Origin: an uncultured Nitrososphaerota archaeon
GTDB lineage: Archaea; Thermoproteota; Nitrososphaeria; Nitrososphaerales; Gagatemarchaeaceae
DNA: 64,000 bases
Assembly: GCA_963838925.1 (NCBI GenBank)
Contig: CAWISW010000003.1
Location: forward strand, 608,001-672,000
Direction of reading: 5' to 3'
Below, in pieces: positions 39,522-47,832 of the stretch. A program made the position numbers and the translations under genes. The number at the start of each line of letters is the position of its first letter. Within the stretch, counting starts at the first letter, position 1. The notes below the pieces were generated by a model, which saw only the letters and a program-made list of their open reading frames with translations, ran no database searches and had not been told where the DNA came from.

Positions 39522-40610
39522 ATGGAAAAGCCGCCTGTGCCTCGTCGAGCGATCAGGCAGAGAGGCAGGCGCCATTCGAGGACCGTCGGATTCGTGCTCT
39601 ACCAGTCCCTCTACGCGCCCATGATCCTGCTCAGGACGATATCCAAGCAGCTTGTCGTCCTCGGCGGAATGTTCGCCACTGGCGCGGCGGTGTTCTCGTA
39701 CTACGAGCACCTCCCGCTGTTGGACGCGCTCCTCGCGTCGGTCTCGACAATCACGACGATAGGGCTGTACGTCCCCAACGGCGGCAACTTCCTGACGCTC
39801 AACAGGACGGAGGCGGGGCTCCTGATAATCATGATAATAGTCTCGGTCGGCGCCGCAGCCTCGATCCTACAGGGGACAGTGAACACAGTCGTTAATGGGG
39901 ACCTCGCCAGGGGAGAGGCGGAGCGGAGCCTGATCAAGAGGATGAAGGACCACGTGATCGTCTTTGGATATGCGCACCTCGGCCGCTACGTCGCGGACAA
40001 GTTGGGGGAGCTCGGGCTGGACTACGTCGTGGTGACGCACGACCCGGCGATCTACGAGAGCCTGACCAAGAGGAAGGTGCTCGTCGTGCTCGAGCACGAG
40101 AACAGGCCAATCGTGGCCCTGAAGGAGGCAGGCATCGAGAGCGCTTCGACCATCATAGCCGCCCACGAGAAAGACCCTGACAACATGCTCATCATACTGA
40201 GCGCGAGGCGCCTCAAGCCCGACATCAGGATCATCTCGGTTGTGCACGACGAGCAGCTGATAGAGACCGCTAAGAACGCCGGCGCCGACGTGACGATACC
40301 GTCGTCCGTCTCCGTGGGACACCTCCTGGCCCTCTCAGCGACGACCAAAGACCTCGTGGGAATGGTCTTCTCGGAGAGCGTGGGCACCAAGGAGATCGCC
40401 CAGTTCTCGGTCTTCAAGTCTTCGAAGCTGATAGGCCAGACACTGCAGGACATCACCGGGCTCGCCCATGTCATGGGCATCGTAAGGAAAGGCGACCTCA
40501 TTCAAAACGTCTTCGATCTCAACCTCCGGATCCAAGAGGACGACACGCTCCTTGTGTTCGGGGACCCGGCGGGGCTCTACGAGCTCGAGAAAGAAGCAGA
40601 GGCCACATAA
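39522..40610 (+). CDS. potassium channel protein with TrkA-N/C (RCK) domains
   Basis: two TM plus pore STITTIGLY; HVIVFGYAHLG; EDDTLLVFG. Confidence 0.88.
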   Translation: MEKPPVPRRAIRQRGRRHSRTVGFVLYQSLYAPMILLRTISKQLVVLGGMFATGAAVFSYYEHLPLLDALLASVSTITTIGLYVPNGGNFLTLNRTEAGLLIIMIIVSVGAAASILQGTVNTVVNGDLARGEAERSLIKRMKDHVIVFGYAHLGRYVADKLGELGLDYVVVTHDPAIYESLTKRKVLVVLEHENRPIVALKEAGIESASTIIAAHEKDPDNMLIILSARRLKPDIRIISVVHDEQLIETAKNAGADVTIPSSVSVGHLLALSATTKDLVGMVFSESVGTKEIAQFSVFKSSKLIGQTLQDITGLAHVMGIVRKGDLIQNVFDLNLRIQEDDTLLVFGDPAGLYELEKEAEAT

Positions 40611-40784
40611 CGAACTTCGGCCTACCCTGGTCGGCTTCGTCCTCGCGGACGAAGGACGGCGATTTGCTGTTGTGACTCTCAGCGACGCGGCCCGGAATTC
40701 CGCGGACGTCAACCAGGCGCAGAACTGCCCCCGTCGCTATGGATCCTTGCGGAATCACCGCCGCACAGGAAAGTTCGCCGGCCG

Positions 40785-41171
40785 CTACTCCGCGCCGACG
40801 AATCCCTTGCCCCCGTTGGCCTTCTGCCACCCGTCGACGGCGAGAAGTATCGCGATCACAAAGCCCGCGAGTCCGGCTGTGAGGATCCCGAGGATGATGT
40901 CTAGGACAAGGACCAACAAGACGAACAAGACCGTCGACATCCCCAGTACCTTCCTCTTTCCCAGGTACACGTAGCCCAGGCCGAAGATCAGGTTGAGGAA
41001 CGCCGCTATCCACGGGTTCTTGTGCGTGCTCTGGCTGGAAGGAGGCGTGCTCCGGCTCCAGGGAGTAGGTTCCGCCGAGGTCTGTTGGCGGGCCGCCGAG
41101 AGATTGGCCCCACAGCTAGAGCAGAACGCTGCACCGTCTGCGTTCTGTGCTCCGCACTTGGCGCAAAACAC
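40785..41171 (-). CDS. zinc-ribbon membrane protein
   Basis: FCAKCG...FCSSCG; KNPWIAAFLNLIFGLGYVYLG. Confidence 0.85.
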   Translation of the reverse strand: MFCAKCGAQNADGAAFCSSCGANLSAARQQTSAEPTPWSRSTPPSSQSTHKNPWIAAFLNLIFGLGYVYLGKRKVLGMSTVLFVLLVLVLDIILGILTAGLAGFVIAILLAVDGWQKANGGKGFVGAE

Positions 41172-41407
41172 AGGAAGCTGCACACTCGTCCGGATATAAA
41201 AGCAAGAGCGGTTCCCTAACGGCGTTCTTTGCGACTGGGGCTGGCCTCCTCGCCAGCCTGCGTCAGTCCACACGACTCGCAAGACACACAAGCGGACATC
41301 CGGCCCACCGCGGTGCTCGGATCGCCCAGATTCGTCTCGAGCTGGTCGTGAGACGGATTCTGCCTTCACAACCGATAAATGCGCTCGGCGCCTCTTTGGA
41401 CCTAGTA

Positions 41408-42370
41408 TTGGCCAGCAGCCTCCGCTTCACCAGACGCCCGGGCATCGCAAGGAACCTCGCCATGGTCGCGGTAGCGGTGCTGGCGGCCTCGGTCGTCGCA
41501 GGGGCCGCCGTATTCTCCATGTCGCAGACGCCCTCCCCGAGCGGAAGCGCGCCTTCCTCAGTCTCCGCGACGACGTCCTCCTCGGCGTCGACTGCCGCCA
41601 CCTCGACGAGTTCGCGCGTCAACTTGTTCTCGACCACGACCAGCTCGGGGTCGACGTCGTCCAGCTCCATTCCCTGCCTGCTCAACAGCACGGGCACGTC
41701 CAGCATGGCCCAGCTCAACGCCACCGTCCTCGCGCTGGTGGGGAACCTTACCGGCCTCTTCAACCAGGGTCAAGGGAACGTGACGGTGGCCCAGCTCTTC
41801 GGGAACTTCTCCCAGATGGCCGTGTCCTCTGAAATCACCGGGAACCTCAGCTTGGCGACCAGCTCGTCCTACCAGGTGGTGGCTCGTCCCATGATAGGCT
41901 CCCTCGAGTACTACGAGGTGAACTTCACTCTCAGCACGGCAGGTTTCAACGACTCCCAGGTGATCATGTTCGCCCCCAACGGGACGGCCACGAGCGTCAG
42001 CTCGCCGCTCCTGGGCAGCTTCACGGGGGCCTCGGCGGCAGCGATGGGCGAGGGCGACGTCTCGTCCTTCCTGATCCAGCTCCACTCGAGCTCCTACGCG
42101 GGCGCCATCCAGTCTGACCCGAGCGTCGCGGTGCTCAACTCGACGACGGTCTCCATCGGGCCGACGCAGGTCAAGATGACCTACTACACGCTAAAGTCGC
42201 TCCCCCTGACCTATTGCGGGACCACCCTGAGCAGGCTCGTCGAGGGCCTGGGGACGGTCCAGAAGACCGGCCTCACCTTCTTGATGTACGGCCAGGCGCA
42301 GGTCACGGAGCAGGGGACCACGATGGGGGTGACGACGAGCGTGGAATCGCTTACGCTCGCGGGACCCTAG
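41408..42370 (+). CDS. Ser/Thr-rich surface protein (class III signal-like)
   Basis: FTRRPG|IARNLAMVAVAVL; S/T stalk; sequons. Confidence 0.7.
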   Translation: MASSLRFTRRPGIARNLAMVAVAVLAASVVAGAAVFSMSQTPSPSGSAPSSVSATTSSSASTAATSTSSRVNLFSTTTSSGSTSSSSIPCLLNSTGTSSMAQLNATVLALVGNLTGLFNQGQGNVTVAQLFGNFSQMAVSSEITGNLSLATSSSYQVVARPMIGSLEYYEVNFTLSTAGFNDSQVIMFAPNGTATSVSSPLLGSFTGASAAAMGEGDVSSFLIQLHSSSYAGAIQSDPSVAVLNSTTVSIGPTQVKMTYYTLKSLPLTYCGTTLSRLVEGLGTVQKTGLTFLMYGQAQVTEQGTTMGVTTSVESLTLAGP

Positions 42371-42390
42371 GTCTTCACGCAATCCTACTG

Positions 42391-42432
42391 TCACAGCAGC
42401 GAAAGGCCGTAAAGGAGGAAGGAGACCACCAG
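42391..42432 (-). pseudogene. 3'-end remnant of an allele of the 39104-39385 gene
   Basis: 38/42 nt match to 39104-39145; LVVSFLLYGLSLL* versus LVVFFLLYGLSLL*. Confidence 0.85.
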
Positions 42433-42559
42433 AAAGCGCAGGTGCCCGGCACAGCCTCCGCGGCCAGCATGATTGACGGCCCGAACCGCAGCCAGGGCCA
42501 CACAGATTCCAAATCCACACGGGATTAATACTTCCCGGGCGCATTCTGGGCGAGACCAC

Positions 42560-43111
42560 TTGGTTTGCTGCAACCGGAGGCGGGGCGCAGCTAGGGGCGC
42601 GTGGGCGTTCATGTTGGCCGCCGTGCTGGTCGCCACAGCGGTCAGCGGCGCGGCAGTCTACTACACCTTTGGGCACTCTTCCTCAGCCATCGGCATAGGC
42701 ACCCCTTCCGACGCCGGGGTGACCGGCGCCCCTCCCGATTCTGCGCCCGGAAACTTCACCGCGCTCGCAGGGCAGGTGGCGGTGACCGTTGCCGGACTTG
42801 CTGCCGACGACTTCATGGCCAACGGCACGACCTCGAGTTTCACGTGCGGGTCGTCACCGTCCGGGGCCTACCTAGTCCTCACCGACACGAACACGGGGAG
42901 CGACGCCGTGGCCTCCGTCTCCATCTCCTCGGTGGGAGCGGTCACGGCCTTCACCCCATCAGGCATGTGCGACATAAGCGCCGCGACCACCTACATCGTC
43001 TTCCCCGCGACCTCTCAGATCAGCCCGGGCCCGGAGTCGGGCCAAAGCTACGAGGGGTTCGTGAGCATGGCGGACGGCGTGCCGATAACGTTCGAAGGCA
43101 CCTGGCAATAA
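42560..43111 (+). CDS. pilin-like surface protein (class III signal peptide)
   Basis: NRRRG|AARGAWAFMLAAVLV; ends FEGTWQ like the 26875 gene. Confidence 0.65.
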   Translation: MVCCNRRRGAARGAWAFMLAAVLVATAVSGAAVYYTFGHSSSAIGIGTPSDAGVTGAPPDSAPGNFTALAGQVAVTVAGLAADDFMANGTTSSFTCGSSPSGAYLVLTDTNTGSDAVASVSISSVGAVTAFTPSGMCDISAATTYIVFPATSQISPGPESGQSYEGFVSMADGVPITFEGTWQ

Positions 43112-43120
43112 TCCAGTCAG

Positions 43121-43260
43121 TCAAGTCGGCCTGAAAGAGGCCCTTCGGGCAGACCGCATTGTACTCGCAGGCCTTGCACTTGCCCACCCCCGTGCTCGAG
43201 ATGGCCTGCCGCTCCCCCCAGGGGGTATCCATGCTTCTGGATTATGCTGGCGTGCGCCGC
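43121..43260 (-). pseudogene. 3'-end remnant of a Cas4-like nuclease allele
   Basis: AAHASIIQKHGY.LG/ERQAISSTGVGKCKACEYNAVCPKGLF aligns with the C-terminus of 46288-47085; two 1-nt insertions. Confidence 0.88.
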
Positions 43261-43363
43261 GTGACCTCAAACACTCAACACTAGCCCGAACGCTCTTGAA
43301 GCGGTGGTCCGCGCACATTCTCGGGTGCGCCTTATAGCCCGGCCTCGCCTCCCTCCCCGCGCA

Positions 43364-44323
43364 TTGAAGGGCGTGATGGCGTGGCTCACCGAGGAGGACC
43401 AGCCGGCCGTCAGGTACCTCGCGATGCGCGACCTGCAGGACGGCAGCGGGGGAGACCTCACGGAGGCCCGCGCGGCGATACCGACTAGGGGCTGGGTCAA
43501 GCAGATCCACGAGAAGCGCCTCCCCGGAGCGTACTGGGTCCACCGCGAGGACCTCTACAGGCCCAAGTACTTCTCGACCAACTGGATGCTCCTGGCGCTC
43601 TCAGACCTCGGGGTGACGAGGGAGGTTCCGTGGGTGGCCGAGTCGGCGGAGATGTGGAGGGACACTTTCGCCCGGCCCGACGGGGGCTTCGACACGCCCG
43701 GCTCGGACACGAGCGAGCTCTGCCTCGTTGGGAACACGGCCAGGGCCCTCGTGAAGTTCGGCTACGAGGACGACCCCAAGGTGAAGGGGGCCTTCGAATG
43801 GCTGGTCAAGAACCAGAAGCCCAACGGGGGCTGGGACTGCTTCGGGAGGGACGGCGTGATCGACGGGTGGGAGGGGATGAGCGCGTTCGCGGCCCTGCCC
43901 CGGGGGAAGTGGACGCGCGGGATGAAGGAGGCCGCGGACAGGGGCCTCGAGTTCTACCTGGAGCGCCGTCTCCTCAACGAGGGCGGCCGGTACGACCCAT
44001 GGCGCAGGCTCCACTTCCCCTACCACTACTACTACGACGTCCTGGTGGGGCTCGAGTTCGTCACAGCCCTCGGCAAAGGGGACGACCCGCGGGCGGAGCA
44101 AGCCCTCCGGCTGCTCAAGAGGAAGAGGCGGTCAGACGGCCGCTGGCTGATGGAATCGGTTCACCCTGACGTCCTCAACTCGGGGAGGCTGCCGAAGTAC
44201 TATCTGAAGCGCAAGAAGGACCTGAGGCCCTTCTCGCTTGAGCGAGCGGGCAAGCCGAGCAAGATGATAACGCTGAGGGCGCTGCGGGTCCTGAAGCGCG
44301 TGGGCGAGCCGGTTCCTAGCTGA
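43364..44323 (+). CDS. alpha/alpha-barrel (prenyltransferase/squalene-cyclase-like repeat) protein
   Basis: LYRPKYFST.W.L..L..LG; WLVKNQKPNGGW; FPYHYYYDVL; PSKMITLRAL. Confidence 0.8.
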   Translation: MKGVMAWLTEEDQPAVRYLAMRDLQDGSGGDLTEARAAIPTRGWVKQIHEKRLPGAYWVHREDLYRPKYFSTNWMLLALSDLGVTREVPWVAESAEMWRDTFARPDGGFDTPGSDTSELCLVGNTARALVKFGYEDDPKVKGAFEWLVKNQKPNGGWDCFGRDGVIDGWEGMSAFAALPRGKWTRGMKEAADRGLEFYLERRLLNEGGRYDPWRRLHFPYHYYYDVLVGLEFVTALGKGDDPRAEQALRLLKRKRRSDGRWLMESVHPDVLNSGRLPKYYLKRKKDLRPFSLERAGKPSKMITLRALRVLKRVGEPVPS

Positions 44324-44337
44324 GGCCCCGCTTAGCC

Positions 44338-44514
44338 CTACGCGTGGCTCGTCCCCTCACAGTGGTCGAGAATCGTCAGTAGGTTTGCCAGGATCGCCAG
44401 CTCGGACTCGACATCCTCTCTGGAGTGCTCGATTGCCTGCATGACGCGCCTTGTTACGGCAGGGACCAACCGGTCCGCCAGCTCGCAGACTCGAGCGTCG
44501 TCCTCAGCGGTCAT
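44338..44514 (-). CDS. micro-module gene B1 (58 aa)
   Basis: MTAEDDARVCELADRLVPAVTRRVMQAIEHSREDVESELAILANLLTILDHCEGTSHA; ATGA-coupled to A1; similar to B2 and B3. Confidence 0.7.
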   Translation of the reverse strand: MTAEDDARVCELADRLVPAVTRRVMQAIEHSREDVESELAILANLLTILDHCEGTSHA

Positions 44515-44651
44515 CGTCTCCGCATTCTAGACACGTCAAGGGTTTCGTTCGCCCACTTCTCGAACGCCTTAGGGTCCTTTAGAAGCCGGTCGATGAAGCG
44601 CCTCGCGCTCTCCAAATCCTCTTCCGGCTGCGCCCGCCTTGCCTTGACCAT
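44511..44651 (-). CDS. micro-module gene A1 (46 aa)
   Basis: MVKARRAQPEEDLESARRFIDRLLKDPKAFEKWANETLDVSRMRRR; TTATTA 24 nt upstream. Confidence 0.7.
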   Translation of the reverse strand: MVKARRAQPEEDLESARRFIDRLLKDPKAFEKWANETLDVSRMRRR

Positions 44652-44793
44652 GTCCTGCTAAGATGGTAGGGTGGCTAATAAGCGTCGACGAGGACTGTGG
44701 TCGCGGCGAGCTCATCTTTCCAGGCAGGACATCGTTCAGGCAGACCGTGGATGCTTATTAGGCTCCGGCGATTGCAATGCCGACGGCCTAGAG

Positions 44794-44949
44794 GTGCAGT
44801 CCCTGGACAAGCCGCTGACCAAGAAGGAGCTCCAGAACTTGGACAAGCTTCTCCACGATGACGCGGCGTTCGAAAGGATGGTCGAGCGGGCCGTCAGGGG
44901 TAGAATGCAATCGGGACGAAACGCAAGAAAGTCTGCCCGAGAATCTTGA
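44794..44949 (+). CDS. micro-module gene A2 (51 aa)
   Basis: ...ELQNLDKLLHDDAAFERMVERAV...; TTATTA at 44755-44760. Confidence 0.6.
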   Translation: MQSLDKPLTKKELQNLDKLLHDDAAFERMVERAVRGRMQSGRNARKSARES

Positions 44950-45082
44950 CAGGCTTGAGAGAGTCCTTCGAAGGCGGGTCATCCGCGCGCCCGTGCGAGA
45001 TCCCGAGCGGCTGTTTGACGAGCTCGACGACCTCAACTTGGTCCTTGAATTGAAGGACAGAATCAAGAGCAACTTACCTTGA
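44858..45082 (+). CDS. micro-module gene B2 (start uncertain, possibly frameshifted)
   Basis: DRLERVLRRRVIRAPVRDPERLFDELDDLNLVL aligns without gaps to B1 and B3. Confidence 0.55.
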   Translation: MTRRSKGWSSGPSGVECNRDETQESLPENLDRLERVLRRRVIRAPVRDPERLFDELDDLNLVLELKDRIKSNLP

Positions 45083-45139
45083 ACGTTCTAGGGGATCCCA
45101 CTCGGGCAAGCTCCCGACTTCGAGCAGTCTTTGGAGAGG

Positions 45140-45208
45140 CCGAGCAAGATGATTACCCTGAGGGCGTTGCGAGTCCTGAAGCACCTCTGCGAGCCGATGC
45201 TAGATTGA
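45140..45208 (+). pseudogene. 3'-end remnant of an allele of the 43364-44323 gene
   Basis: PSKMITLRALRVLKHLCEPMLD* versus PSKMITLRALRVLKRVGEPVPS* (44255-44323); same stop position. Confidence 0.9.
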
Positions 45209-45299
45209 GGTTGGGAGGCCCCCTTCCCTCATGCAGGCGCTCTGTCAAGGATCACTTTTCTTTGAAATAGCGTCGACACGGTAACAATCACTTCTTGGG

Positions 45300-45470
45300 G
45301 ACGAGACCCCACCCGCCTCCGGCTCCGGCGACTCGACGCCCCCTGCTCAGTCCGACGACAATTCCGACACGACGAGCCCTCCGCCGTCGAATGGCGGCTC
45401 GAGCCCGCCGAGCAGCGACTCGACCTCGGCGACCACCTCGCCCCGCCTATCCATTTCCCCAGTTCCTTAG
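45300..45470 (+). pseudogene. start-less Pro/Ser/Thr-rich coding remnant
   Basis: DETPPASGSGDSTPPAQSDDNSDTTSPPPSNGGSSPPSS...*. Confidence 0.4.
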
Positions 45471-45532
45471 ATTGGAACTGTAGCGGCCGGTGGGCGCTTT
45501 TTGGAGAGGCGACCTTATATCGAAGACAGAGT

Positions 45533-45685
45533 ATGGAAAACCGAACTTCAGTGCCAGACCAGACTCCCGAGTCTGACGACGAAGCCATCCGCAGGATCGA
45601 CGAGCTGCTGAAGGACCCCAAGAGACTGAGAGAGGCCATCGAGTCTCGCATCGACAGGGTGGTCAAGAATTGGCCGAAGCATTGA
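45533..45685 (+). CDS. micro-module gene A3 (50 aa)
   Basis: MENRTSVPDQTPESDDEAIRRIDELLKDPKRLREAIESRIDRVVKNWPKH; TTATAT upstream. Confidence 0.7.
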   Translation: MENRTSVPDQTPESDDEAIRRIDELLKDPKRLREAIESRIDRVVKNWPKH

Positions 45686-45867
45686 ACGACGACATCCAGC
45701 GTCTCTGCCGGCTCCTAATCGACCACAAGAAAGTGCTCGCCCACAGAGCCCTCATAGCTTGGGAGCGAAGCCCCGAGACTTTTGGTGAAGAGATTATCGC
45801 CCTCAACAGCATCGATGAGACCTTGCGCAACAACCCGCTTCTCAGACCGGAGTCGAACAACCCGTGA
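45682..45867 (+). CDS. micro-module gene B3 (61 aa)
   Basis: TTGA overlap with A3; MNDDIQRLCRLLIDHKKVLAHRALIAWERSPETFGEEIIALNSI... Confidence 0.7.
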   Translation: MNDDIQRLCRLLIDHKKVLAHRALIAWERSPETFGEEIIALNSIDETLRNNPLLRPESNNP

Positions 45868-45907
45868 ATCCATGTTTACCAGCAGCGGCCCCACGCAGTG
45901 ACACGAC

Positions 45908-45985
45908 TTGGAGCTCCCCGACGACGAGCTGGTGGATGTCTACGACGACGCCCTCCTCCAAGGCACGCGGTCGTTATGAGAGACG
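45908..45985 (+). pseudogene. 5'-end remnant of a NUDIX hydrolase allele
   Basis: TTG..DDELVDVYDDAL...RYE versus TTG.DDELVDVYGDDL...RYE at 36640; GTTTA box retained upstream. Confidence 0.75.
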
Positions 45986-46287
45986 TAGATGAGCACGGCA
46001 CGCCACACTGCCTGCTAGACTTATGCTGATCAATGCCCTACGTGGGCGCTTTAGTCCGTACACGGCCTGAACGCGAGGAGTCTGTTGAGGTGGTTGAGGG
46101 GCCGCGATGAAGGATTAGCAATCGGACCATCATCCCACATGGAATGACGGGAACACGATGTGGTCTGAGCCCCTCGATCCTTGACCCTCAGGCTCTCATA
46201 AGAGCGTTCTGAGGGTGGGCGCATCGGTCTCCGCGCGCGACCACGACGGGCAGGCAGAACTGGCCGCCTCAACAGCGATTCAGTTGG

Positions 46288-47085
46288 TCAAGTGGGCTTG
46301 AAGAGGCTCTTTGGGCAGACCGAGCAGTACTCGCAGGCCTTGCACTTGCCCACGCTCGTGCTCGACGTCGCCTCCCTCTCGCCCAGCCAGTACCCCCGCT
46401 TCTCCATCACGCTCGCCTCCGCCGCGGCCCTGTCGTGGGAGAGGAGGTGCACCTTCATCGCGTTCCGGTACTTGGCCTCGAGCTCGGCCAGCTTCCCCGA
46501 CTCCAGGTGGGTCGAGACCCTCTCCATCCAGAGCCCGCGCTCCTCCTCCGTGAGCTCCCCCGCCCTCAGCCTCACCAGGGCGAGCCTCAGGCGGGAGCAG
46601 TCGAACCCCATCAGCTCCAGGAGGAGGCCGTAGATCCGGACCTGGTTCATCTGGTCGGGCCAAAGGGAGGTCGGGTCGCCCCTCGTGGTCTTCAGCTCGA
46701 CGAGCCAGAGCGGCCTCCCCTCAGACCACACGATGTGGTCGGGCTCGCCGACTATCCGAAGGCCGCCGACGGTCGCCCAGACCCTCAGCACCGCGTAGCT
46801 CGGCTCCTTCCTGCTCACGAGCTCGGCGAACTGCCTCTCCGTGATGGGCTCCTGCGGGATGAGCTCGTCGTGCAGGTCCGTCCCCGCGTCCTTCGCCTCG
46901 GTGGGGACCTCCCCGAACGCGAACTCGTTCTCGACCTTGTACTCGCAGTAGAACTGGCCGGCTATCGTGGAGACCGCGACGAAGCTCGCGTCGTGGCGGA
47001 AGTTCTTCTCGCCCGATAGCATGAATTCCTTTTCGCGTCTCCACAAGGAATCCCAAAATGCAGCCCGTCGAGCGGCGTCAGTCAA
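46288..47085 (-). CDS. solo Cas4-like PD-(D/E)XK exonuclease with Fe-S cysteines
   Basis: QFYCEYK, GTDLH, GEPD, VELKT, QVRIY, CKACEYCSVC. Confidence 0.85.
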   Translation of the reverse strand: MTDAARRAAFWDSLWRREKEFMLSGEKNFRHDASFVAVSTIAGQFYCEYKVENEFAFGEVPTEAKDAGTDLHDELIPQEPITERQFAELVSRKEPSYAVLRVWATVGGLRIVGEPDHIVWSEGRPLWLVELKTTRGDPTSLWPDQMNQVRIYGLLLELMGFDCSRLRLALVRLRAGELTEEERGLWMERVSTHLESGKLAELEAKYRNAMKVHLLSHDRAAAEASVMEKRGYWLGEREATSSTSVGKCKACEYCSVCPKSLFKPT

Positions 47086-47203
47086 TCTTCTTCTTTAAGG
47101 ATAGAGTTGCGTCAACCGTCCCCTAATACAGATATCTTACTAGCAGGGTTGAGGAGGATTGCTACCGCCGCGGCGGCCCTCGCGCGGTCTGCAGAATTAG
47201 ACA

Positions 47204-47716
47204 TCAGACCCCCAGCACGGCCTGGAGGATGCCTGCAACCGAGGTCGAAGCGACCAGCGAGATGACAAGTTGGTTGGTCTGTGGGTCGACGATCACGTAC
47301 CCAGAAAGTTTCAGCGACGAAAACGCCCCTGTGAAGCTTGGGGACTTTATGTTCACTCCGGTAAGGTTGAGCGTCATGTTCAGGTCGGTGCTCCCCTGGG
47401 CGGCCGGGTTCATGGTTATCTGAATGCTGCCCGAGGTCGCGTTGAGCTTCGTCGAGCCGTCGGGACTGCTGTAGTTGAAGTTCTGCAAAGTGAGTCCGAT
47501 GTTCCCCGTCGTGTTTGTAGCGACGGCCGCGAAAACGGGATTGGTCATCAGTCCCGCAGGAATCGCGGTCCGCTCGTTGATGTGGTCGACGGGGACCTGC
47601 CAAGTGAAGCCCAGGAATATCAGCAGTATCGCGACGACGGCGACCGCCAAGCCGACAGTCTTGCGCCGAGTGAGATGCAGACCACGCGGGTTCGATGGCG
47701 CCGCAGTTGTTGACAA
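47204..47716 (-). CDS. membrane-anchored hypothetical protein
   Basis: TM followed by a beta-rich domain. Confidence 0.65.
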   Translation of the reverse strand: MSTTAAPSNPRGLHLTRRKTVGLAVAVVAILLIFLGFTWQVPVDHINERTAIPAGLMTNPVFAAVATNTTGNIGLTLQNFNYSSPDGSTKLNATSGSIQITMNPAAQGSTDLNMTLNLTGVNIKSPSFTGAFSSLKLSGYVIVDPQTNQLVISLVASTSVAGILQAVLGV

Positions 47717-47832
47717 GATGGCCGCTCTCGCAAAAAGAGACCTTCCCTATTGAAGATTTCCATCCATTAGCACGGAGACCCAGGAGGAGGGGACGCGGCG
47801 TCTTGACTTGGCCTTCGGGTGACCGTCGTCTC

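Noticed and set aside
43121-47085. CRISPR-Cas locus suggested by the Cas4-like gene
   Set aside because: No regularly spaced repeats and no cas1, cas2 or effector genes in the window.
47112-47204. 30-codon ORF resembling a membrane-anchor 5' stub
   Set aside because: Similarity to the 29139 gene start is weak and low-complexity.
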